Source: Corallochytrium limacisporum Hawaii (taxonomy: Eukaryota; Protista; Pluriformea). From it: 52,440 nucleotides of DNA. Made by a program: the position numbers and the translations under genes. Below, piece by piece: positions 11,270 to 21,657 of the stretch (its first letter is position 1; each line of letters begins with the position of its first letter). The stretch is taken from positions 59,571 to 112,010 of the forward strand of contig PDIP01000080.1 of assembly GCA_002811645.1 (NCBI GenBank), read 5' to 3'. The notes under the pieces are model-generated. The model searched no databases, was not told where the DNA came from, and worked only from the letters and a program-made list of their open reading frames with translations.

Positions 11270-12052
11270 ATGGGCTGCAACCAATCCGTACCGAAAGCGG
11301 CGAAGTTTCTGAACGCTTCTGGTTTTGAACCGGGCAAGTTTTCTTCTGCAACCGTCCAAGAGCGGTACCCCTCAAAACTTGTTGTCGACGAAGCCAAGCA
11401 TCCACCCAAACCCAAGAAGGGAGAGGAACAGGAGAATCAGATCCAAGACAAGCCCCTACCAATCCACGACGAAGGCGGCAAAACAGTTGGCTTCTGGAGT
11501 GGCTACGGTACCTGGAACGGCAAGGACAGGACTACAATCTACGATGAACACAAGAATCCCATGGGCTATACGTTTACCACACATGGTCCTGACGAAGCAG
11601 TACCGGGAAACAAGAAACAGAAACATGTAATCTGCATGACAACGCCAATGTACAGTGGCCAAGACGTCTACGACACCATTGAAGGGGTCTTGGTTTATCT
11701 GTGGTGCGCCCTGGAGAGGATCCCGCAAAAGTCGACCATGATCGTACACATGGAAGCCAATGGTGGGGGCCAGGACACGGACAAGGTTACCCTCGAACAG
11801 ATGAAGTCATTCAAGCCCAAATACTTGATTAAGCTTGGTGTTGATATTGGTGTCGCCATTTTGGACTACTTGAAGACGAGCAAAGAAGGCGGAAGGCACG
11901 AGATTCAGGTTGCTCCAGGTGTGAACCCGTTCCTCATGTTTCTCATAATGATCGCGGCGGAGAAGATCAAAACAGAAATCGAAGGATTCGATCCGCTGGC
12001 GGAGGGTATTGGGACCGCTCTGTGCCTTTTGCCATGTCTTATCCTGTCATAA
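11270..12052 (+). CDS. N-acylated LURP-one/Tubby C-terminal-like protein (260 aa)
   Basis: MGCNQS myristoylation/palmitoylation-type N-terminus. C-terminal IQVAPGVNPFLMFLIMIAAEKI resembles the Tub_2/LOR terminal strand-helix motif. Family call is by motif only. Confidence 0.7.
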   Translation: MGCNQSVPKAAKFLNASGFEPGKFSSATVQERYPSKLVVDEAKHPPKPKKGEEQENQIQDKPLPIHDEGGKTVGFWSGYGTWNGKDRTTIYDEHKNPMGYTFTTHGPDEAVPGNKKQKHVICMTTPMYSGQDVYDTIEGVLVYLWCALERIPQKSTMIVHMEANGGGQDTDKVTLEQMKSFKPKYLIKLGVDIGVAILDYLKTSKEGGRHEIQVAPGVNPFLMFLIMIAAEKIKTEIEGFDPLAEGIGTALCLLPCLILS

Positions 12053-12218
12053 AGCAGGTGGAAAATGAAGAGCACGTTCAGAATGGCCAGAGCTAGTGGA
12101 CACTGTCTTGTAATCTCGAACCAATATGCGACTGCGTACCCGACCTTTCCCTGACTCTCGGTATTCAATTGTCTGAATCTCTTCCTGTGATGGATTCCTA
12201 CCAAATTTAATAAATAAT

Positions 12219-14343
12219 TCATCGTGAAAGCAGCCTCTCTGCCTTCAGCGCGCCTAGAGCGCAGATTGCCTCATCTCGCGTCATTCTACCATCCTTATTG
12301 GCATCAATCTTGTTCCTGAGCGCCTCAACAAGGGCAAGGCAATCAGGGTGGTGCGGCGCCAGGTCCAGTAGCTCTCCGGCCAGGCGCAACATGACCGGGT
12401 TTTCACAACTTGTCGACACGTGAGAAAGCATGTCAGATGCAATGAATCGGACGTTAAGCATCTCCAACGGATCGATCATGCCATCACCGTCGGTGTCAGC
12501 AAGTGCCATTACATTTTCCACCACCATTTCACCGACGTCCTGGCCTAGACGTTGGACCGCGTGTTTGCGGATCTCTTCTTTAGAAAGCCTTCCGTCATTG
12601 TCTTCGTCAATGTCATCAAAGGACCCGAGCTGAAGCCAAAGTGCTGCACTGAAGAATTCGGCAATGAGTACCTTCATAGGTCGTCCAACTTCCTCGGACA
12701 GATCGAAAACAGGAGTTTGAGTATCGTTAGTAATCTGAGATCCGCAATCAGAACTTGACCTTCTGACGTACTCCACTATTCCCGTCGACTTCCACCACTC
12801 CAGTAATGGTTCGTTTCTGTCCAAGCCCCTCAAGAGGTTCACTGGCAGGCCAGTAAGGTACAATTTCTGGGCATCAAAGGCTCTGCCACGGATCAGGCCA
12901 ATCTTTTGGGTCCGATCATTAAAGGAGATCATGTCACACACCTGCAGATACCCTCCAGCGGATACCGGAGGGTTTTGGTATGCGCCCTGACGCGAGAAAG
13001 CCACTGTATCCGGGTATGTACAAACAGGTCATAGTGTCCGGGAACGGAAATTCTGCTTTGAGATCGCTCCAGGTGAACTTCTCTTCACCACTATAGTCTC
13101 GATTACATCGAATGGAACCCGCGTTGCAAATCGCACAGTCTGCTCTCAGAGCTCGCCTCATGGCCGTAATTAGTACCCGACTACCCGTAGATGGCTGGAG
13201 GCGATTGTCCTTAGTTGAGAACGCCTGCATCCTAAACGCAGCTTTGGGGCATTGCCGTCTGTCGGAAGTCTCCGGATCCTCAACCCAAGTCATACGCAAC
13301 CGCCTGTGGAGGTCTGCGGACGTAGATTTGCGTCTGTCCCGCCCCTCACACTCGTCTTCAGACTGCGGGATCTGGAATGTGAACAGTGTGGCCCTGCTAA
13401 GTTCCTGGACAATCATGAGATGCTGCTCGCACCGCCTGGCGATCTCTGGACAAGGATCAAAGTCTGCTGCGTCCAGATACATAACCTCTACGGAAACTTT
13501 GCGGTTCAAAGGCACTGGTACATTAGCACCGCCCTTGCGTTCGCTACACTCATGTGCCAAAATTCCGGGCGCCTCGTTCTCGTCTGTATCCCATCGCAAG
13601 TCGATAATGGCAGCTTTGTTGGCATCCATGCCAACTTTAATGACACGCGACCCATCCTTGGCCGCATTCTGTTCGTCGTAAAATTCGTGATCGTGCCCAC
13701 CAGGAACAATCGGAAAGATTGATGACCCGTACCGCTCGCAAAAGGCCCGGTCCTGAGGCATGCGCTGGTGGGTTATGGGCACGAGTACATCGATGTTCTT
13801 GTGCTGGCTTTGATGAACAGAAAGGGGGCCGTCGGGTCCAAGCATGTAGTCTGTAGAGGAAAGCACCGGGTCAATCTTGGCGTCCGCAAATGCTCCTGGG
13901 CGGTACAGGCACGGATCTTCGGTCAACAGTCCCAGCAGTCCAACCTTGCGTCCGTTCCCGCAGTCGATGAGGTCATGGCTGAGAGTTTTCACACCGATTT
14001 TTTCGTCAAGTTCGCGCATGTTGGTGTTGATCCACTTGAATTGAGATTCCGCTATCCGCTGCTTAAGATCCCGGATCGGGACGTCCGCTTCATGGTTACC
14101 TAAGCAAACGTGTGTGAATCCGCAACGGTTCATGATGTCTACCATCCCCCGACCGTGATCAAGCGAACTAAGTAACGAAGGGGCCAAAAAATCACCTCCA
14201 AGGAACACCAGATCCTTATCTGCCCCTTGATTTGTGTATTGGTCAATGATGGTCTTGATAGACGGGAAATTGTCTAACTCGTAGACATCATTGACATGAA
14301 CGATACGCAAATGGCGCTGACTAGGTGAGGTCCGAGCAGGCAT
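12219..14343 (-). CDS. 5'-nucleotidase-family metallophosphoesterase with C-terminal EF-hands; reading frame broken near 13004-13013
   Basis: ORF 12934-14352 (ATG 14343) has HVNDVYE, GGDFLAPSLLSSL, GNHEAD, ITHQ, GGHDH and NAGSIR...EFPF. The overlapping ORF 12219-13004 continues with SR...GGYLQ and three EF-hand loops (DEDNDGRLSKEE, DTDGDGMIDPLE, DANKDGRMTRDE). Confidence 0.85.
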
Positions 14344-17300
14344 GTTGGTCAAGTCCGCAGGTCAGCCTACTTTGCCTGATCCAATATCACTTTCGTACCG
14401 TTGGTGGTCTGAGCAAGCGAGCTCAATCTCAACACTCCACCACATCCAGTATAAGCCTCGTAGTGAACTTTGCGCCCCATAGAAGCAAACAGGAGAATGC
14501 TCGTGTGCATGTTTAAGTGGATTCGACGAACCCATTAATAGGTAACCTTCCCAATGATTTGTGTCGCTTCCGCCGCCCCAGAGAGGCACGAACCTACCAG
14601 ACAAAACAATAAGTCCTCTTGAGGACAACCCCTCCCCCGGGGGGGCCCACATACTACTAAGGAACTTATAAAGACCCCCTTCGTCATACACCCAAAACCA
14701 AGTCAAGTCTACAAAGGCCGCCCCTTCCCGATACACCAAATACTTAGTGAAAATCTATAAAGGCCTCGCTTCGAAATTGGCTTCAAATCACAATTTTACT
14801 AAGGGAATAAGATTATAGATCCATTTCTGGTTAAGATCAACCTGCAAAACAAATCAGTGATCTTACTGTTAGTCCCCTGTGCTTTGATTGTTGGCCAGGC
14901 TGAATACACATACCCAGAACTCTAATTCAAAATCTTGGGACAATTTGTCAATTCGATTGTAAGGCGTCGAACTCTAAGCGAATCCCCGCTGATCTCATCC
15001 GGGCTGGCCAATCTACGAGCCTACCACGGCGCATTCGGACTCTCTGCTAGGATCCTTAGGTGTATCAGACCAAGCTATCAGTGGTGGCTGTGTCCCAGTT
15101 AAACGTCTACTGCAATCGGTCAGACGGTAGTGTCCATGAACATCATGGCCGTAAGAGGCACTGTGATCTCCATCTTTGGGTACGTACGATGCTTGCGATC
15201 ACAGAAGTTGCACCGAAATATGCTCAACGAGCAGCTCCTGTAAGTTCTGTTGTCTCTGCGGACTAGAGACGTTAATGTTTGCAACTATGGACAAGTCTAT
15301 CAGTGCAGAATGAACACATTCTCGTCTCAGACTTTCTCACGCTCCATGTACCGGAAGTTGAAGTCATGTTGGCTTCCGTGAAGAGCCTCCGTTCAAACCG
15401 GGGCTCCTATTTGCAACGACGTTTGCTGCCGACGAGACTGAAGTGGCACCCCACCCGTTGGGACAGAGCACGTTATTCATTTAGCGCAGATGGTACACCA
15501 TGCGTCTTGCGCGATGTCCCTGTGCAGCTCTGAGTTGGTGGCAGCGGAATGCGAACTACGCGGACTCCATCTACCCATCTGTTCCGGTGCCCTCAAAGCT
15601 TCCTCTTTGCTGTTCGTTCATTCATATGCTTATTTATTTATATTACAAAGAGACACAACATGGGTTCCTTGGTTGCAGTCCGTGTATCCACTTCTGAATC
15701 TTCGTCTTTGTGCTTCTCTTGGTTCTTTGGTCCGTTGAACGGTGCCACGGGACCATATGGTGAATTCCAGTACGAATCAATTTCACTGCCACGATGCCAT
15801 CACTATTGAGATATTCAGCCTTCCTTGGGAGCTCAGAGTTCTAGAGCAAATTTATTGTCACCGGTGGTGCGCATGAGAGCCTATGGATGATCGCAGGTCA
15901 AGCCATGTCTTGTTGCAGAAACAACAGGCATTTCGTTGCGCAGGGTGTCTTGTTGGGAGCATTGAGGCACAGCACTACGAAACATTCATGTGCATATATC
16001 ACTGTGGCAGCAAGCTGGACATTCTCGAAGCTTTGGAAGAAGAATAGAAGTGGTAGATCCATTAATCTGGATCATGATCATCATATCGCTGTAAGCATCC
16101 AATCCTTTGTAGTGTGTTTCCTCGTGGATGACATGTATCTGGAAGCTCTCGTCACACGGCCATACAACTATGTTGCTCCACCTTATCCTTGTCGCCGCTA
16201 ACAGCGACCTTGCCCTACGAGTCAGAGGCGTCAGTTTACACCTATATTGCTTTCGTATTCTGTGCTCTGTGTTCAATGCCAACCCTGGCACTAATACTGG
16301 CTGCCAAGCGACAAGAGGCAACATTCCATTCTGAGCGGCGTGACAGTCTGTTTTGATTGCGTTGGTCCGGTTTCTGTGTTTTCCAAGGCACCGTTGATGT
16401 CAAAGGTATCAATAGAGGGGAGAGGAAGAACATGTTAAAGGTCAGAAGTGGATCATAATCAACGCGTCAAACAGATTTCGAAACAACAGTACATGCTTCT
16501 TGGTCTAGACGTGAGGGTATGCGTAAACACAGAGCCCGTCACTGTCGGAAGACGAGGTATGAAAAGCAAGGAGTAGGATGCTAACAGACCGTGGAAGGAC
16601 GCTCTTTGATGACGGTGCTTGTGTAGACACTGACGGATCACTGGACCTCTAAAGTCTGCACTGACCGCACATGCACCGGTGTTCCACCACTTCCCATTCC
16701 GACCCTCGACAGTTTACGGAAATGTAAAGCGCAGACACTACGAACAAAGAACACAGGGTACCTCCACACATCGAAGGCAAACAGGTTCGGTTCTCAAATA
16801 GACGTTAGTCGAACCTGTTGAATAGTTCTGTTTCCTCAGCGTGTCCACAGACAATAAGGAACGGCACCGCCCCCGCTTGACCTCGTTTCTGACGCAAGAG
16901 TGAAGACCCGCGTGAAAATTCTGAACTAAGCTTCACCGTGCTCCCTGTTTTGGTCAGTTGCGGGTTCGACTTCTGGATGTGGTACATTAGCTATGGGTAC
17001 CGGTTGGTACTAACTATGGCAATCGTAAGAAACGGAAACTACGTCAACGTCAGCTGCGTATCCAAAGAGCGGGTCCATTCGAAAGTCTAAACTGTATAGT
17101 GAACATAGGGGACTATTGCGCACGAGATGAACTGGTTGTGCGACAATGGGTACACTTTGCAGAAAGCAACAAAAACGTGAAACCTGCGGCTCCGGTGGAA
17201 AAGTTTCCGGCTGCTTGCTTGACGAGCATCAACTTATCATCCATGCTCCCTCTCTGAAATTCTCTGCTTATTTTTTCCTCATTCTAGCATGGTAGAGCAT

Positions 17301-19802
17301 GTCTACTGTGATCATGACGTGTACGTGCTCTTTGTCATCTACTCGTATTGTGCGCGGAAAGCCCTGTGGGGAGCCGGATCCTTTCCGATACTTTCAGTGC
17401 TGTCCCCACATGCCGCGGCCGCTACTCCTTCGATTTCAGATTACGAAGAGGGTGGTTCATGCTAAAGTTGCAGAATGTTGGGCGCAATGGAACTTACATA
17501 TCATGGTACTCGTGGGTGTGGCAGTGTTGGCGGCGAAGTAAAGCGAAGCTCCTGGTACAGCCCCGGTAGATATAACCGATTTCCGTCTTCACCCTTAACG
17601 GAAAGCGTACGGACCAGCCCTCTTCCTGTGTTGCTCGATTTGGTCCAAATGTACTGCTGAAATCGCAGCTCGTTCGCAGGGGCATCTGACCTCCAGTGAT
17701 ATTGCAAATTGGAAAAAAAATAGATTTCTCCTATTGTTTCATTGCCCTTTTTCCCTGTTTTATGTGACCAAATTGTTGTTTTCATGGTCGATCTTCCTCT
17801 AATTAGACTATCGACACCCCCGATGATTTCTTTTGTCCGAACCAACGGCCCATTTGCTTGGTGGGTGATACGCGACGTCGATATGGAAGAGGTTTGTTGA
17901 CGAATTGGGATCGCGAACATCAGTGCCGGCCGGTTCCCGCTTAGTTTGCTTATTTGGAGTTCCAGCATGCAATCATCCGCATATATATAAACTGAGATCA
18001 AAGGACAACATCTAAAGCTATTAAAAACCAAAAGAAGAGAGAAGATGCTACCATGCTGCCCTACTCGGCCTCATGGTTGTATAGCCATTATGCAAAACAC
18101 ACCTACACTCCAAACACAGTGAACAGCTAAAGCAACCGGCCCGCAACCAAGAATGAAAGGCCCGTCTGTTGTACTTGAAGTAGAGGAAACCACGATCCTT
18201 CCGACAGAAAGACGACGGAAGTAACATCAAAATCGTTGTAGCAGGGGTGGCACGACACATTGCTGTGTCAATTGTGTTCGTAGAGAGAAGGAAATTTGTG
18301 ACTGAAATTGCGGAAGTCACAGGGGGGGAACACAACGCCCGCCGCCCCGCAAAAGGGGGGGGGGGCGGAGCGGAAGAGGTCCCAATATATGATGGTACCG
18401 TTTTGGTGGTCGGAAGGAAACTCGCCTGGCTGCTTTCCTTATCCAAGTGCGGAGTCAACGTTTCCGACCACGTGCCCAGTCATTGAAGGAGGATGCGGAT
18501 ACGCTAGTTCTTCTTTGGGCGCCCTATCCCGGGCCCCCTGCGAAAGCCAACTGGCCGCAATGTGGATAATATCAACCGCCAAATCCCCAGTTTGACCTAA
18601 AGGAAAAGGCGGAAAAGATAACCCTCTGGGGAATCCCGGTATTAGTTGATCTCCGTGCGTGCTGGTGTGCACGGGACGTGGTCGCCATCTGTGCTCTCGA
18701 ACACAACTGAAATGAACCAACCACGCGTGCTCATAGGTGCAAAAAAGGATCCTATCGTCACTCAGAGCATACAACTTGGACTTCGTGCTTGAGCAAGTCT
18801 GTTGAAGAGCACTGCGGCCACGAATGTTGGATCCCATTAAGTTGAGCGTTGAAAGCCTAATGAAGTTCCAAAAGCGACGCTATATTTCCCGTGGCTCTCA
18901 ATAGACCCACTTACAGTGACTGAACGATGTCAACCTTTGTCGAGTCCTGCCCCTTGTGCACCCTGTTCCCACCATTCGTCATTCAGGCATTTGTTCTTTC
19001 GCGGCGACCAGCGTTGAAGCGCGCTTCGAGGTCTTCTCGTAACCGTTCGCAAAACTCAATGTTGACAACAAACTCCACCACCAACTCTTAGATGGACAAT
19101 CTCCTTTACAGGCACCACACAAGCCCCTTTAACTTCATCCACATTCGGACGTGGATGGAAAGCTCGACCGCTCAATGTACGCAGGCAAAGCCTCCCATAG
19201 AGGTGTGTAGAAACAGCGGCTCCGTATAGGGAGCAACATAGATTGGTGTGCGTGGGCGTCGGAGGTGCATCGTAGAATGTTAAAGCGCAAAGTAAGAGTG
19301 GTGCGCAGCAGGGCTTCCAACACAGAATTGATTTCCCGCCTATGTCACGTACGTAATGGAGTTAGAGCCCGACGTCTCGCTGTGGCGTGTCACGATGACA
19401 GAACCGCGGGTGTTTTAAATGGTTTTCGTCCCAAAACAATCTCGCTTATGAGACAAAAGCTTCGTTCGATTGCGCACTGGACTAAGGACAGCCACTAAGA
19501 ATGGATTACAGCAGAGCGATCCAAATTGGGACTCGACCTCTTCCCCTCCCCTTCCCCCCCCTGGCCCCTTTCCACTTTCAAACGATTTCTGACTCGAAGA
19601 AAGGGTACTTAAGACTACCGCAGAGAAAGCCAGATCAGCGTGCAATCCGATCACCTATCAAACTAGATAAGTGATTTAGTTAGGAGTAATTTGGAAACTT
19701 GCTTTCGTCCCTCAAGTTTTCCATTATTTTTACTTCTTTGTCCTTTCAAAAGTTCGCCTCCCACTGTTCGAATCTAGCAAAGACCTTCGATAACCAACAA
19801 CC

Positions 19803-21305
19803 ATGAAGTTCGCATCAACTGTTCTGATCAGTGCCCTGGCTCTCATTGCCAGTACCACTGTTACTGAGGCTGCTGCTGGTTCCGCCATGGGTGCCGTTAA
19901 GGCCCTGAAGATCGCTCAAGGCCAACCCGGTGGCCGCCACTATGAAATGATGGAGAAGCGTAAGCATGCTGGCAAGGGATCTCTGAAGTCCCGTAAGAGC
20001 CACCGCCACAAGCCGTACAAGTGCAAACACGGAGCAGTCAAGATTGACGACATGGAGTACCCCTGCAACAAAATCGATATGTGGTCCTACGTGTCGCGTG
20101 AGGATCTTGGCTGTGTGAACGACTACGCTGGCTTGTACGTCTCCGACATTTGGGGCTGGACTGATCCCGAGCAGGGCAGAGACTATGCCATCATCACCTG
20201 CGTGGATGGTACTAGCTACGTGGACGTTACCGAGCCCTGGGCGCCAGATGTTGTGGCCTTCACGCCCACTACTACTGACCTTCCTGAGTACTCTACTGGT
20301 AAACCGAAGGAGATCTGGCACGACGTGAAGACTTTCGGTAACTACGCCTTCATCGGTTCCGAGGAGGATGACCATGGGATCCAGGTTGTCGACCTGACCA
20401 AGCTGCGTCAGCTGCGCGGTCGGGCCATTCTGAACCCAGAAACCGTCTACACGGGCGTTGGTGCCAGCCACAACGTCGTCATCAACGAGGATAGTGCCCG
20501 TCTCTACCCCGTTGGTGCCCGGCAGGGTGGCACCGAGGACCTCTGCGCAGGTGGGTTGCACGCCGTCGACATCTCCGAACCAACTAACCCGAAATTCCTG
20601 GGCTGTGCCGCGGAAGATGGCTACACCCATGACGCCCAATGTGTCGTTTATGACGGTCCGGATGCCCGTTATCAGGGTGCCGAGATCTGCTTTGCGTTCA
20701 ACGAGGACACGTTTACCATCTGGGACGTAACTGATGCAGCGAATCCGATTGTCTTGTCCCGTGTTCTCGGTGTTCCTGCCCATCGCGTGCCAGCTGAGGA
20801 CCCGCTCGAATTCTACGACCGGAGCACTCCAGCATGGTACACTCACCAGGGTTGGGCTAGTCCAGACCTGACCTTCCTGCTTGCTGATGATGAGCTGGAC
20901 GAGGAGATGCTGGACCCTCGCCTGGAGGAACCAGTTTCTCCGAACGGTGCCACCACATACGCGTGGGACATTACTGACCTCGAGTGCCCAAAGATGATCT
21001 CTACCTTCACTAACGGCATTCCGTCCATTGATCACAACCAGTATATCATGGAAACCCGTTCCGGCCTCAAATCATTCCAGGCCAACTACCTGTCTGGTCT
21101 GCGCGTGCTGGACGCGAAGAAAGTTGGTCGCAAGGACCAGCTCAAACTTAGGGAGGAGGCCTTCTTTGACATTGCCCCGGATGTCAACACTGTAGCCTAC
21201 GGTGGTGCTTGGTCCGTGTACCCGTACTTCACCGATGACAAGCTAGTGGTGAGCTCCATTGAGGACGGTCTGTTTGTCTTGAGTTACAAAAGGAAAAGCC
21301 AGTAA
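19803..21305 (+). CDS. Secreted choice-of-anchor B / LVIVD-repeat beta-propeller protein (500 aa)
   Basis: Signal peptide. Family motifs SDIWGWTDP, WHDVKT, HGIQVVDL, SHNVVINE, GGLHAVDIS, DGYTHDAQCVVYDGPD, YTHQGW, DDELDE, IDHNQYI, GAWSVYPYF and SSIEDGLFVL. Confidence 0.92.
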   Translation: MKFASTVLISALALIASTTVTEAAAGSAMGAVKALKIAQGQPGGRHYEMMEKRKHAGKGSLKSRKSHRHKPYKCKHGAVKIDDMEYPCNKIDMWSYVSREDLGCVNDYAGLYVSDIWGWTDPEQGRDYAIITCVDGTSYVDVTEPWAPDVVAFTPTTTDLPEYSTGKPKEIWHDVKTFGNYAFIGSEEDDHGIQVVDLTKLRQLRGRAILNPETVYTGVGASHNVVINEDSARLYPVGARQGGTEDLCAGGLHAVDISEPTNPKFLGCAAEDGYTHDAQCVVYDGPDARYQGAEICFAFNEDTFTIWDVTDAANPIVLSRVLGVPAHRVPAEDPLEFYDRSTPAWYTHQGWASPDLTFLLADDELDEEMLDPRLEEPVSPNGATTYAWDITDLECPKMISTFTNGIPSIDHNQYIMETRSGLKSFQANYLSGLRVLDAKKVGRKDQLKLREEAFFDIAPDVNTVAYGGAWSVYPYFTDDKLVVSSIEDGLFVLSYKRKSQ

Positions 21306-21366
21306 GTAGTGTTCTCCATTCGAGGACGGTCCGTTTGCTTTCAGCTACGAAAAGACAACCCACTAA
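21246..21366 (+). repeat. Degenerate 60-bp tandem duplication of the last 20 codons of the choice-of-anchor B gene
   Basis: 21246-21305 gtggtgagctccattgaggacggtctgtttg...cagtaa versus 21306-21366 gtagtgttctccattcgaggacggtccgtttg...cactaa (1-nt insertion). Confidence 0.8.
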
Positions 21367-21657
21367 ATAGTTCAGATTTGTTGCGTCCCTACTTCAGCCT
21401 GTCGGGTTTGTTGAGCACTCGTACCTCGCGATGAAGACTCAAGTACACTTACATAAAAGCAGCCGAACACAACAGATGAACCTACAAGAATCTGCTTGCC
21501 TTAATAAATGTGGCTGTATGTAATGATGAACATGATGGATTTGATTTTGAAGAACTATTAAAATGAGAAATGTGATGCTTGGTATTATACACTTGGAGCT
21601 CTCGCACGTGTTCGCACTGTTTTGTGGGCTCCTTGAATCCCTTATTTGTCAATACTT

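Noticed and set aside
14824-14845. U2 snRNA-like tttctggttaagatcaa
   Set aside because: Lacks the following GTGTAGTA branch-pairing sequence and the 5' stem.
16950-16980. tRNA B-box-like GGTTCGAC
   Set aside because: No T-stem pairing or cloverleaf around it.
19815-21035. 406-aa minus-strand ORF
   Set aside because: Antisense shadow of the choice-of-anchor B gene, explained by codon bias; no motifs.
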